NCBI GenBank assembly: GCA_965227775.1
Contig: OZ245777.1
Location: 224,001-288,000, forward strand
Direction: 5' to 3'
Origin: Phycisphaerales bacterium
Lineage (GTDB): Bacteria; Planctomycetota; Phycisphaerae; Phycisphaerales; UBA1924
Length of the DNA stretch: 64,000 bases
The position numbers and the translations under genes are program-made. Each line of letters starts with the position of its first letter. The first letter of the stretch is position 1. This document shows positions 38,045 to 48,038 of this stretch, in pieces. A model generated the notes under the pieces. It saw nothing but the letters and a program-made list of their open reading frames with translations. It was not told the DNA's origin and searched no databases.

Positions 38045-40213
38045 TTACGAGCCGCGGCCGTCGAGGATCAGGGCGGCAAGGTCCTCGCTCGGAACGCCCA
38101 GCGAACCCAGGAGACCCGCTGCGGCGATGGCCTCGGCGTCATTCCCAGCACGGGCGATCTGCAGCAGACGCTGGATCTGACGCTCGAGCAACTGGTTGCC
38201 AGTACGGCGGGCCGAGTTCGACGTGTGCCCAAGCAGCGCGACGCGCTGGGCGCCCTGCGCCTGCACGGCACGATCAAAGATGGCCTGCTGGGCCTCGGCC
38301 TGATCGATCCAGGACAGCAGCTCGGCAAGGCGAAGCTCGAGCAGCCCCTCATCGTTCTCGAGCGCCTGGACGAGCTGGCTCGTGGCGTCCGAAGCAACAA
38401 TCACCTGATTCTGCGAGATTGCAAGCTCGAGCAACGCGTCGATAGCCTCGGCGGCGTAGATGGTGGCCTCTTCTTCGGAGATCGGTCCGCCCAGCGTGCG
38501 GTCGGACAGGTCCTCAATGGTGGCACGCATCTGGTCGCTGCGGATGCCGGCAGTGCGCACCGCGATGGTGCGATCCGACCCGTAGCGACGGCCGAGTTCG
38601 ATCTCGTCGGTGCCATCCGACAGCAGCAGCAGCGGCGCGGCCATCAGGCGGTTGGTGGCATCCTTCTGGGCAACCAGACCGACGGACTGATCCAGCGGCA
38701 GGCTGGCGACGATGAGGTCGACGCTCGCGGCCGTCTCGTACTCCTGCTGCAGGGCGTTGAGCGACTCACCCGCGGGGCTGACGCGGTAACCCATGCCTTC
38801 GAGCATGCGCTGCAGGCCACGACCAACTTCGGGATCGCTCGCAACCACCAGGGCGTAGCGGTCGGTCGCGCCACGAATCGACGAGGCAAGGATCGGGGCG
38901 ACCAGATCGCTGCGTTCGAACGGTGCGTTGGGCTGCGCGTTGGCAAAGGCGAGGGCCGCCTCGTACTGCACGCGGCGGTTGGGGTAGGTCAGCGACTGCA
39001 CGAGCGGCTGCGAATTGCCGGTCGAACCGACCCACAGATCGCTGCCGCCGGCGGTCTTGCCGATGGCCTCGATTGCCTTGCGAGCGAGCTGGGTGTTGCT
39101 CGTCGCGATTGCACGCGAGAGCACGTTCTGGGCGATCGTGGAGCCAGCCGCAACGGCGTAGTACATCGGCTCACGCAGGCCCAGATCGAGGTTGGCGTCC
39201 TGCGGACGCTCGATGTCCAGGCGGAGGTACGACGCGACCCAGAGAGCCGCAGCGGTCGCGTTCGGGCGGCGCACGAGGCGGAGCGAATCCTCGCTCAGCT
39301 TCATCGCCATCATCTCGTGGTAGACCGGCGTGGGAACCGACTCGAAGAGCAGGCCGCCGGCGGTTGCTTCGTAGCGCCACACGGGCTGGCTTGCCTCGCC
39401 CGGGAAGCTGGTGACGCCGGCCTCTTCGGCGGAGTAGTTCTCGGCGACGTCGACGTAGAGCTCGTGAGCGGGCGAGCCGCCGCCGGTGCCGATGGCGTCC
39501 ATGGCGCGCTGGGCGGCATCACGGACCTCTCCGTTGCTCGAGTTCTGCGCGACCTCGGCAAGGAACGGGGCGGAGGTGTCGTAACCAATCTGGCCGAGGA
39601 GGTCGGCGATAGTGCGCTGGGTCTGCGGCGCGGTCTCGCGCAACGCAACACTCAGCGGCATGACGGCCTGCTGGCCAAGCTGCACCAAGACGGCGCGCAC
39701 TTCCCGGACCAAGGCGGGGTCGCCGCCCTCGTCGATGACGCGGAGCAGCTGCGGGACGGCATACTCACCGGCGGCCACAAGGCGGTCCTTGGCAATCAGC
39801 CGGCCACGCAAGGGGCCGGTCAGCATCGCGATGTTCTCGGCGATCTCCTGCGGATCGCGGGCGCGCTGCAGGCGGCCCTCGCTATACAGCTGACGCAACG
39901 CGGCGGCCTGTGCTTCGGCAAGCCCGGAGCGGATGGCCTCGCTCACGGCGCGATCGAAGCGGTCTTCGAGGCCCGCGTTCTCGACGAGATCCACGAATGC
40001 ACGCGGGTCGATGCTGCGACCGAGCAACTGGGCGGCGTAGTCGGCCGCCACGTCGTCGCGATCGATGAAGACGAAGTGGATGAACTCGTCAAGCAGCTGG
40101 CGATCGGTCAAGCGATCGGGGCCGTCCTGAGCAAGGGCCGGGGCGGCCAGATGGGTCGAAAGGGCCAGTGCCAGGCAGCCGGCGAAGGTGGGCAGGGTCG
40201 ATCGCGAGAACAT
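38045..40213 (-). CDS. exported HEAT-repeat protein
   Basis: Signal peptide ending PALA-QD. Repeats such as AGEYAVPQLL, LGQQAVMPL, ADLLGQIGYDTSAPFL, RRVQYEAALA. Alternative start GTG 40219. Confidence 0.8.
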   Translation of the reverse strand: MFSRSTLPTFAGCLALALSTHLAAPALAQDGPDRLTDRQLLDEFIHFVFIDRDDVAADYAAQLLGRSIDPRAFVDLVENAGLEDRFDRAVSEAIRSGLAEAQAAALRQLYSEGRLQRARDPQEIAENIAMLTGPLRGRLIAKDRLVAAGEYAVPQLLRVIDEGGDPALVREVRAVLVQLGQQAVMPLSVALRETAPQTQRTIADLLGQIGYDTSAPFLAEVAQNSSNGEVRDAAQRAMDAIGTGGGSPAHELYVDVAENYSAEEAGVTSFPGEASQPVWRYEATAGGLLFESVPTPVYHEMMAMKLSEDSLRLVRRPNATAAALWVASYLRLDIERPQDANLDLGLREPMYYAVAAGSTIAQNVLSRAIATSNTQLARKAIEAIGKTAGGSDLWVGSTGNSQPLVQSLTYPNRRVQYEAALAFANAQPNAPFERSDLVAPILASSIRGATDRYALVVASDPEVGRGLQRMLEGMGYRVSPAGESLNALQQEYETAASVDLIVASLPLDQSVGLVAQKDATNRLMAAPLLLLSDGTDEIELGRRYGSDRTIAVRTAGIRSDQMRATIEDLSDRTLGGPISEEEATIYAAEAIDALLELAISQNQVIVASDATSQLVQALENDEGLLELRLAELLSWIDQAEAQQAIFDRAVQAQGAQRVALLGHTSNSARRTGNQLLERQIQRLLQIARAGNDAEAIAAAGLLGSLGVPSEDLAALILDGRGS

Positions 40214-40651
40214 GGGCACGAGCTGCACTCCTCTATTCATCAGTTCGGTGAGGCCTGACACGACTCCACGCCGATCCCTGGGGCCGCAAGGGCCCCCGAG
40301 GGGGTCGTGAGGATAGACCAGCGCCGGCCCGGGGGCAGGCTCGACCAAAACGGACCTGGCGCTGGTGGGTGACCGTACGGGCCCGACGCGGGACGGATGC
40401 ATGGACAGGGCGCCGCCGCACCCAACGGCTGAGGCTCCTCGCACCTCTCTCGGTAGAGCCGATAGCCGGTTCTCGTTCGTCCCAGAACGGCCGTCGGAGG
40501 CCGCTATGTCCGCCTAACCCACAGAAACTGCAGAACTTACGGCGTATTCATCGCTTCCGGCGTCAAGCGACCAGCCCGCGCCGCCGATCTCACTGGCGTC
40601 CGCAGCAGGCCGCAGCGCTCGGGGCGCTGGGAAGGGATGTGAGGTGTAGCC

Positions 40652-41227
40652 ATGCCGTTCGAGAAGGACGTGCTGACGACTGGAGAGGTGGCGGAGATCT
40701 GCAAGGTCGCCCCGCGCACGGTGAGCAAGTGGTTCGATTCGGGAGAGCTCGAGGGTTATCGGATTCCTGGTTCCAAGGACCGGCGCATCCCCCTTCCCGC
40801 ACTCGTCAAGTTCATGAAAAAGCATCGCATGCCGTTGGACGGCCTGAAGACCACCGGCACCCGCGTGCTGCTTGTTGATAGCGATGCCGCGGTCATCGAG
40901 GGCCTCGGAAGCATCATCGCCGAGCAGACCGACTACGAGGTCTCGACGGCGACCACCAGCTTCCAGGCCGGCATGCTGTGCGAGAAGCTCCGCCCCCACG
41001 TCCTGCTGATCGACCTGCACCTGGGAGAGAACGAGGCCCAACAGGTGGTGCAGATGGTCAGGTCGAACGACCAACTCGCGATGACTCGCATCATCGCCCT
41101 GAGCAACCGCCTGACTGACGGCCAGGCCCAGGGGCTGAAGAGCCAGGGCTTCGACGCGTTCCTCCGCAAGCCGTTCCCGGCTCGCGAGGCGCTTCGGATC
41201 ATCGACGCGATGACGACGATGATCTGA
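40652..41227 (+). CDS. response regulator with N-terminal excisionase-like HTH
   Basis: LTTGEVAEICKVAPRTVSKWFDSGELEGYRIPGSKDRRIP, then receiver RVLLVD...LIDLHL...IIALS...FLRKP. Confidence 0.9.
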   Translation: MPFEKDVLTTGEVAEICKVAPRTVSKWFDSGELEGYRIPGSKDRRIPLPALVKFMKKHRMPLDGLKTTGTRVLLVDSDAAVIEGLGSIIAEQTDYEVSTATTSFQAGMLCEKLRPHVLLIDLHLGENEAQQVVQMVRSNDQLAMTRIIALSNRLTDGQAQGLKSQGFDAFLRKPFPAREALRIIDAMTTMI

Positions 41228-41317
41228 CCCCACCCACTATGCGGACGAGAACAGAACGAGCCCGCGCCGTGATGGCGCGGGCTCGAGTCGTTGATGGACC
41301 GAGTTCGTCGAGAGCGA

Positions 41318-42427
41318 TCAGAGTGTGGCGAGCGCCGCCGCGACGATATCTCGCGCGGCGCCAAGATCGCGCCGGTCGATCATCTCGGTCACGGTGTGGA
41401 TGTATCGCGTGCCACACACGATGCCAATAGCCCTGGCGCCGGCAGCGGCCTGCTGGGCGGCGGCGCCGTCCTGCCCGCCACGCGCGAGGATCGTGCGCTG
41501 GTACGCGATGCGCTTCTTCTTGGCGATCGACTCGATCTGGTCGACCAGCTCGTAGTTGGCAATGAAGCTTGCGTCCTGGATGTGCAGGCCGAAGCCCTTG
41601 CCGTGGTGGTTCACGGCTTCGGGCTCGGGAACGCCGGGCGTATCGCAGGCCAGCGAGACATCGATGCCCAAGCCAATATCGGGCTTAACGGCGTAGCTCG
41701 CGGTCTTCGCGCCACGAAGGCCGACTTCTTCCTGCGTGGTGAACGCAACGACTACCTCGCACGAGTGACCGCTTCCGCTCTTGTGGAGCTTGCGGATACT
41801 CTCGATGCCCAGCCAGCAGGCAAAGCGATTATCCAGCGCCTTGCTGACGACCTTGGTGCCGATCTCGATGAGCGGCTCATCCATCACGACGTAGTCGCCG
41901 ATGCGGACCCTCTCCTTCACCTCGTCGGCGGGCATGCCGGTGTCAACGAAGAATTCCTTGACCTCTGGCACCTTGTTGCGCTCTTCAGGTCCTGAGATGT
42001 GCACGGGCCGGCCGCCGGGATTCATGACCGCCTTGAGGTCCCCGCCGCTGGTGCACACGAGCACGCGCCGGCTGAACAGGTTGCGCGTGTCGAAGCCGCC
42101 GGCCGGGTTCAGACGGATGAATCCCTTGTCATCGATGTGGCTGACGTAGAAGCCGATCTCGTCCATGTGGCTGAGGATCATGACGCGGGTGGCGTCGCTG
42201 CTGGTGGCCGTCTTCTTCGAGGTCTTCTTTCCGCTCTTCTTCTTAGTGCCGCCCTTCGGCCGCGGGTGCCGCGTGCAGATGAGCGAGCCCATGGCGTCGA
42301 CGCGCATCTCGTCGAAGAGGTCCTTGACCTCTTCCTCGATCAGGGCACGCACGCGTTCCTCGCGGCCGGGGATGCCAGGGGTTTCGCACAGTCGCTTGAG
42401 CAGGTCGATGTTCAGGTCGTCTTTCAC
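41318..42427 (-). CDS. M42-family (TET-like) metallo-aminopeptidase
   Basis: GIPGREE, SHMDEIG, KALDNR, TTQEEVGLRGA, GGQDG, RYIHTVTE. GTG start with AAGGAG RBS. Confidence 0.93.
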   Translation of the reverse strand: MKDDLNIDLLKRLCETPGIPGREERVRALIEEEVKDLFDEMRVDAMGSLICTRHPRPKGGTKKKSGKKTSKKTATSSDATRVMILSHMDEIGFYVSHIDDKGFIRLNPAGGFDTRNLFSRRVLVCTSGGDLKAVMNPGGRPVHISGPEERNKVPEVKEFFVDTGMPADEVKERVRIGDYVVMDEPLIEIGTKVVSKALDNRFACWLGIESIRKLHKSGSGHSCEVVVAFTTQEEVGLRGAKTASYAVKPDIGLGIDVSLACDTPGVPEPEAVNHHGKGFGLHIQDASFIANYELVDQIESIAKKKRIAYQRTILARGGQDGAAAQQAAAGARAIGIVCGTRYIHTVTEMIDRRDLGAARDIVAAALATL

Positions 42428-42511
42428 AGGAATCGCTCCTTCTCCCTGGGGTTTTTGCATCTGGAAGCCCCCAGTCTACGGGCCCCAGACCCCGCGGGTG
42501 TACCATCCGAA

Positions 42512-43675
42512 ATGGCGACCCGGAGCCCGATGACCGAGACGTATCAAGAGCGGGAGGCCGTGCTGCATCCCTACGGCGATCCGCAGCGGGGCCTGCTCGT
42601 ACCCATGGCCTTCGAGCACGTCGAGCTCGAGTACGCGGCGATTCGCAAAGGTGCCGCACTGGTCGATCTGCCGCAGTCGGGAACGATCGAGGCGACCGGC
42701 GCCGACCGCGTGAGTTTCCTGAACAACCTGGTTACCCAGGAACTCAAAGGCTTGGAAGCCCTGCGGTCCGTCCGCAGCTTCTGGCTGAACCGCAAGGGCC
42801 GCATCGATGCCGACCTGCGGCTTGTCGATGACGGTGAGCGTCTGCTGATGGCAACCGATGCGCTCGTCGCCGGGCAGACAGCTGGCGCGTTGGCCGAATT
42901 CGTATTCGCCGAAGATGTACAGCTGCAAGACGCGACCGAGTCGATGCACCGCCTTGCGCTCCACGGCCCGCGCGCGGCGCAGGCGCTGATGTCCGTGGCC
43001 GATACGGACGAACACGTCGCGCTCGAAACCGGCGGCGCAATGGTGGTCATGATTGCGGGAACGCCAGTCTTGGTTGAGCGCGAAGACAGCGCGGGCGAGT
43101 TGGGCTTGGTACTCACCATGCCCACAGAGCATGCGCGAGCGGTGTACGGCGCGATTGAGCAGATCGAGGGCGTGCGCCCCTCCGGCTGGCTCGCGTACAA
43201 CATCGCGCGGATTGAGGCGGGCTGGCCGCTATTCCAGATCGACTTCACGAGCGAGAGTCTGCCGGCAGAAACCGGCGTGTTGCACGACCGCGTCTCGTTT
43301 ACCAAGGGCTGCTACCTGGGCCAGGAAGTCGTGGCCCGCATGCACGCGCTGGGCAAGCCGAAGCAGCTGCTCGTCTCGCTGCGCCTCGTCGAAGGGCAGC
43401 AGCCTTCGCTGCCCGGCGAGAAGGCCGAGGTGTTTGCCGAAGCCGAAGCAGACAAGACCATCGGCACCGTGACCAGTTCGACCATCGCGCCGATGCTCAG
43501 CGCCACGCCCATCGCGCTCGCGCAGGTGCGCACGGCGCACGCCGACGCCGGGACGACCGTGTTCGTGCAAGCCGAGGGCGAACGCGTCGCGTTTACCGTT
43601 CAGCCATCGCTGGCGTCGTGGCCACCCGTCGAGGCGTCGTCTTCAGCATCCGATTCCACGCCCGACGGGCAATAG
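42512..43675 (+). CDS. ygfZ: YgfZ/GcvT-family folate-binding protein
   Basis: GADRVSFLNNLVTQ, LNRKGRI, RIEAGWP, signature SFTKGCYLGQEVVAR. Confidence 0.9.
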   Translation: MATRSPMTETYQEREAVLHPYGDPQRGLLVPMAFEHVELEYAAIRKGAALVDLPQSGTIEATGADRVSFLNNLVTQELKGLEALRSVRSFWLNRKGRIDADLRLVDDGERLLMATDALVAGQTAGALAEFVFAEDVQLQDATESMHRLALHGPRAAQALMSVADTDEHVALETGGAMVVMIAGTPVLVEREDSAGELGLVLTMPTEHARAVYGAIEQIEGVRPSGWLAYNIARIEAGWPLFQIDFTSESLPAETGVLHDRVSFTKGCYLGQEVVARMHALGKPKQLLVSLRLVEGQQPSLPGEKAEVFAEAEADKTIGTVTSSTIAPMLSATPIALAQVRTAHADAGTTVFVQAEGERVAFTVQPSLASWPPVEASSSASDSTPDGQ

Positions 43676-44808
43676 GTCAGCTCGACGTCCTCGCCCACTC
43701 GGCGCACGCGACCCAGCCGCATGTGCACGCCCGACGACAACGCCGGCGAGACGCGTCCGACCGCGACGGGCTTGGCTTCCTCGTCGGCAAGCAGCATGGG
43801 CGCCACGTAGGCGATCGCGGTATCGACGACACCTGCCTCGAAGAGCGCCCCGAGCAGGCCCGCGCCGCCCTCGACCAAGGTCGTGGTCACGCCGAAGGTC
43901 GAATACAGCTTCTTCAGCGTCTCTTGCAGGTCCAGCCCGCCCTTGCCCACCAACCCCGCCGGGCATGGCAAGATGCGCACGCCGGCCTTGGCCAGCTCGG
44001 CCCGCTTCGCCTCACTGATGCCGTTGCCCGCGAGCTTCTCCTCGCAGCACACGATGGTCGGTACTTCCCGTGCCGTGCGCACGAGCGTGCGGTCGAGGGG
44101 GATCTCCAGGTCCGGGTCGAGCACGACTCGCATGGGCGTTGTTCTGGGCTTGCCATGCCGCACGGTCAGCGCCGGATCGTCGGCCATCACCGTGCCCATG
44201 CCGGTCAGGATCGCGTCGACCCTTCCCCGCAGCGCGTGCACGCGGCGGCGCGAGGCGGGGCCCGAGATCCACTGGCTCTCGCCCACCCTGGTCGCGATGC
44301 GGCCGTCGAGCGTCTGCGCCCACTTGGCGATCACCCAGGGCCGACCATCGACCACGCGTTGGCGAAACGGTGCGCTCGCGGCGACCGCCAGCGCGCTCGC
44401 ATTGCTCTTGCGGACCTTGACGCCGGATTGCTCCAGGACTTCACCGCCGCCGCACGCGAGCTCGTTTGGATCGCTGGCGGCGTAGACGACCTCGGCGATG
44501 CCAGCGTCGATGAGTGCGGTCGTGCAGGGCGGCTGCTTGCCCGTGTGGGCGCAGGGCTCGAGCGTGACGTACGCCGTGGCGCCGCGCACGTCGTGACCTT
44601 TGGACACCGCGCTTGCGAGTGCCCGGGTCTCGGCATGCCGCCCGCCGAAGCGTCGGTGCGCACCCATGCCCAGGACCTCGCCTCCACGCGCGATCACGCA
44701 GCCAACGAACGCTCCATCACCCACGCGGCCGAGGCCCAGCATCGCCAGCCTCGCCGCGGCGTCGAGGAATCGTGCATCACGTTGTGTGGGCGAGGCTTCG
44801 GGGTGCAC
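43600..44808 (-). CDS. ribD: bifunctional riboflavin deaminase/reductase
   Basis: HAE, YVTLEPCAHTGKQPPC, KWAQTLDGRIA, SQWISG, TVMADDPALT, LVEGGAGL. Confidence 0.95.
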   Translation of the reverse strand: MHPEASPTQRDARFLDAAARLAMLGLGRVGDGAFVGCVIARGGEVLGMGAHRRFGGRHAETRALASAVSKGHDVRGATAYVTLEPCAHTGKQPPCTTALIDAGIAEVVYAASDPNELACGGGEVLEQSGVKVRKSNASALAVAASAPFRQRVVDGRPWVIAKWAQTLDGRIATRVGESQWISGPASRRRVHALRGRVDAILTGMGTVMADDPALTVRHGKPRTTPMRVVLDPDLEIPLDRTLVRTAREVPTIVCCEEKLAGNGISEAKRAELAKAGVRILPCPAGLVGKGGLDLQETLKKLYSTFGVTTTLVEGGAGLLGALFEAGVVDTAIAYVAPMLLADEEAKPVAVGRVSPALSSGVHMRLGRVRRVGEDVELTYCPSGVESDAEDDASTGGHDASDG

Positions 44809-44853
44809 GTTGCCACAGTAGGTATTCAGGCGAATCCGAGACCTCGCTCGTTG

Positions 44854-45837
44854 CTACGCCAACCGCACCAGAGCCCGCCGCTCGTCAGCGGAGATTACCC
44901 CCTCCATGTCCGCCAGCCACCGCCTCGCGTCGGTCGTGTAGCCCGCCGTGGGCTTGACCTCGGGGCGACGCGCGCGCCAATAGGCGTTGAAACGCTCCAT
45001 GGTGAGCTCGCGCACCAGCTTGGCCTGCATCGATGCGAGCGCAACGGGCAGGTGGGCGTCCTCGGCCTTGGGCTGCACGCGGATGCGAGCGTTCGGCACG
45101 TCTTCGAACTCGTATGTGCTGGCCTCCGGCGCCTCGGCAAGCGTGCGGATCGGCCGGGCGAACACGTGCGCCAGCGCGTCCCGATACCGCGTGCGCCCGC
45201 TCTGGCGGTCGAGCACGATGCGCGTATGGACATCGCCATGCGCGCGATTCGTCCTTTCGACAATGTCGAGGATCGCCGGCGCGTGCTCGGCGATGGCAGC
45301 CAAGGTCGTGTTGGCCTTGGAGCGACCGCCCGCGAGCTGCGCGTTGAAGCGGACCTCATCGGTGCGTGCCACCCGGAGCAGCTCGCACGCCACACCCTTC
45401 TGCTTCATGGCCTGGACGAGCGTGTTGGCGGCGATGCGAGCTTCCGCCCCATCGGTGTGGGATGGACACGGGTACGTAGGCCCGCCATACCAGCCGAGGT
45501 CACACGACGCAACCGCGAGGCGTTCGAAAAGGTCCACGTCGGTTTCGGGAATGTTGTGCGTCAGCGCGTGCACGAAGCCCAGCACGCTTCGCTCAGCCTC
45601 GGCCAGGCGGCCCGGACCCTGGGCCATGGGCTTGCAGAGCTTCTTGCTGTCGGCAACGGCCAGCCGCTTTCGCTTGTCCCTCGGCGAGCGGCAGACCGCC
45701 GCATCCAGCCGCTCCCACAGGTCGGGCACGCCGTCGTCGGGCCCCCAGGAATCGACGCGCATCGCGGCGACGCCCACGCACAGGGGGCCGAGCATGGGCC
45801 CGTAGCCCGCCTCGTCGATGCCGATGTAGAGGAGCAC
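44854..45837 (-). CDS. divergent ribonuclease HII-like protein
   Basis: GIDEAGYGPMLGPL, ADSKKL, VLDRQSG, KAE, VALASMQAKLVRE, GY. Confidence 0.78.
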   Translation of the reverse strand: MLLYIGIDEAGYGPMLGPLCVGVAAMRVDSWGPDDGVPDLWERLDAAVCRSPRDKRKRLAVADSKKLCKPMAQGPGRLAEAERSVLGFVHALTHNIPETDVDLFERLAVASCDLGWYGGPTYPCPSHTDGAEARIAANTLVQAMKQKGVACELLRVARTDEVRFNAQLAGGRSKANTTLAAIAEHAPAILDIVERTNRAHGDVHTRIVLDRQSGRTRYRDALAHVFARPIRTLAEAPEASTYEFEDVPNARIRVQPKAEDAHLPVALASMQAKLVRELTMERFNAYWRARRPEVKPTAGYTTDARRWLADMEGVISADERRALVRLA

Positions 45838-45913
45838 CGGGCATCGTTGCCGGCACCCCCACCGCTGGGCAAGCCACCGACCCTGTCGCTTGCGGGCAAC
45901 GTACGATGTCGCG

Positions 45914-47206
45914 ATGCAAGACCGACGCCCCACACGCCCCATCTACGTTGGCAATGAGAAGACCGGCATCGTCCAGGTGGGCGGCGGCCTGCCTGACTCT
46001 TCCGGAAAGGCCACGACGCTCGCGCCCGTTAGCGTCCAGACCATGACCGCCGGCTACACGCACGACGTCGACAAGTGCGTCGCGGAGATTCACAAACTGC
46101 AGTCGGCCGGGGCGGATGTGGTGCGCGTCGCCGTGCCCGAGAAGAAGGATACCGAGGCGCTCAAGGAGATCCTCGACCAGACCAGCGTGCCGATCGTGGC
46201 CGACGTGCACTTCCACTTCAAGCGGGCTCTCGAGGCTGTCGAGGCAGGCGTGCACAAGATCCGCCTGAACCCCGGCAACATCAACGATCGCGAGCAGGTG
46301 ATCGAGGTCATCAACGCCTGCAAGGACGCGAAACTACCGATCCGAGTGGGCGTCAACGAGGGCTCGATCATCGAGCGGCGCGACAAGCAGAAGCGTGCGA
46401 AGGAACTCGGCGCCTTTTTCAGCGACCACAAGCACGGCTACATGCTGGCCATCATGATCGCCAAGCTAGAAGAGTACCTCGACATCTTCTACGAGCAGGA
46501 CTTCCACGACGTGGCCATCAGCGCCAAGAGTATGGACGCCACGATGGTGATCGACGCGTATACCGAGATCTCCAAGCGCTTCGATCACCCCCTGCACCTG
46601 GGCGTAACGCACGCGGGGCCGAAGGAAACCGGCTGCATCCGCTCGGTCGTCGCGCTGGGCACCTTGCTCGCCAATGGCATCGGCGACACCATCCGCATCA
46701 GCTACGCCAATGACCCGATCTACGAGGTCGAGGATGGGCTCGAACTCCTGTATTCGCTGGGCTTACGCGAACGCATCGGCGCCGAGCTTATCGCCTGCCC
46801 AACGTGCGGCCGCATCCAGGTTGATCTGTTCAGCCTGGTCCAGGAAGTTCGGGCGAAGCTCGAGAGCGACATCCAGGTACCCATGAAGGTCGCCGTGATG
46901 GGCTGCGTGGTCAATGGGCCGGGCGAAGCCGAGGGCGCCGACGTGGCGGTGTTCGCAGGCGACCGCCGCGGCATCATCTACGTCCAGGGCGAGAAGGTCG
47001 CCAACGTGAACGAAGACGAGATCCTCGATCGGTTGCTCAAGGAGTGCCTCACGTTCCAGGATGCCGTCCGCAATGGCTCGGCCAAGCTGGGCGAGAAGAA
47101 AGTGGACATCGTGCCGCCCGACCCGCTCGGCGAGCTTGGCAGCGGATGGGAGAAGATGGCGGCCGAGCGGATAAAGGGCGCGGACCTGACGATCGGGCAG
47201 TCGTAG
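45914..47206 (+). CDS. ispG: HMBPP synthase (MEP pathway)
   Basis: VQTMT, VADVHF, KIRLNPGN, IRVGVNEGS, PLHLGVT, GIGDTIRIS, CPTCGR, VAVMGCVVNGPGE. Confidence 0.97.
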   Translation: MQDRRPTRPIYVGNEKTGIVQVGGGLPDSSGKATTLAPVSVQTMTAGYTHDVDKCVAEIHKLQSAGADVVRVAVPEKKDTEALKEILDQTSVPIVADVHFHFKRALEAVEAGVHKIRLNPGNINDREQVIEVINACKDAKLPIRVGVNEGSIIERRDKQKRAKELGAFFSDHKHGYMLAIMIAKLEEYLDIFYEQDFHDVAISAKSMDATMVIDAYTEISKRFDHPLHLGVTHAGPKETGCIRSVVALGTLLANGIGDTIRISYANDPIYEVEDGLELLYSLGLRERIGAELIACPTCGRIQVDLFSLVQEVRAKLESDIQVPMKVAVMGCVVNGPGEAEGADVAVFAGDRRGIIYVQGEKVANVNEDEILDRLLKECLTFQDAVRNGSAKLGEKKVDIVPPDPLGELGSGWEKMAAERIKGADLTIGQS

Positions 47207-47213
47207 GACCGAA

Positions 47214-47717
47214 TCAAATCACCCGCGCCGCTGGCGGCTTCCCGCTCGTCAGCCCCGCCGTCGCCAGGCACTCGTGCAGCGCATCGGCGTCGCGGGTCGT
47301 AAACGCTCCGCGGATGAAGCTGTCCAAATCGAGCACGCCCCAGCACATGCTGCGCGAGTCGAACAGCGGGATGACCAACTCAGCGAGGTCCTTCGGGTCG
47401 CACGCCACGTAGCCCTCACCCAGTGCCGCGACGTCGCGCACGACAAGGGTGATGCGCTGCTCGAACGACTGTCCGCACGCGCCGTGCATGCCGATGGGAG
47501 AGCAGGCGGGCTTGTCGCGACGCGGGCCGAGCAGCATCTGCGTGGCGTCTTCCGCGTCGGGCACGTAGAAGCCCAACCACGAGACGTCTTCGCTCGCCAG
47601 CGCGTCCCATGCAAAATCGACAAAGCCCGCCATCCGCGCTGCGCGATCACCCGAAAGGCTTCGGCAGGCAGAGAGCAGGCCCGTGTAGTCGCGGACTCGC
47701 GACGCGGCTTCGCTCAT
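47214..47717 (-). CDS. msrC: GAF-domain free methionine-R-sulfoxide reductase-like protein
   Basis: SWLGFY, LGP...PAC...GACG, YVACD...ELVIP, GVLDLDS. All three Cys positions are present. Confidence 0.8.
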   Translation of the reverse strand: MSEAASRVRDYTGLLSACRSLSGDRAARMAGFVDFAWDALASEDVSWLGFYVPDAEDATQMLLGPRRDKPACSPIGMHGACGQSFEQRITLVVRDVAALGEGYVACDPKDLAELVIPLFDSRSMCWGVLDLDSFIRGAFTTRDADALHECLATAGLTSGKPPAARVI

Positions 47718-47724
47718 GCTCGAA

Positions 47725-47970
47725 TCAGAGCGTGGCGGACGTGTAGGGCAGCAGGCCCATGAAGCGGGCTCGCTTGATCGCCTGGGCGATCATGGCCTGC
47801 TCCTTGGCGGTGGTGCCCAAGCGCTTGCGGCCGTAGATCTTGCCGTTGGGGCTCATCATCCGGCGCAGGTTGTCGGCGTCCTTCCAATCGACGTACACGA
47901 CGCCCGTGCCGGCGGTCTTGATCACGCTCTTCTTGTTGGGTCCGCCGCCGAAGCGAGAGAAACGGCTCAT
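47725..47970 (-). CDS. rpsR: 30S ribosomal protein bS18
   Basis: VDWKDADNLRRMMSPNGKIYGRKRLG...Q..IAQAIKRARFMGLLPY. RBS GGAGG. Confidence 0.95.
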   Translation of the reverse strand: MSRFSRFGGGPNKKSVIKTAGTGVVYVDWKDADNLRRMMSPNGKIYGRKRLGTTAKEQAMIAQAIKRARFMGLLPYTSATL

Positions 47971-48038
47971 GCTGGCCTCCGTCGTGGGCTCTGGGCGTCC
48001 CGCGGGTTTCGCGTGGACGCGACGGGTGAGTGGTTCAA

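Noticed and set aside
40458..40465. GCCGATAG sigma28-like -10 boxes (here and at about 35861-35868 on the minus strand)
   Set aside because: No convincing -35 element accompanies them, and the motif is likely by chance at this GC content. The second copy is inside a CDS.
40652..40840. Excisionase-like HTH as a sign of a prophage
   Set aside because: It is fused to a receiver domain and has no phage or integrase neighbours, so it is a chromosomal regulator.
43600..43675. 76-nt convergent overlap of ygfZ and ribD
   Set aside because: Both tails are low-complexity extensions beyond the conserved domains, most simply explained by stop-codon drift.
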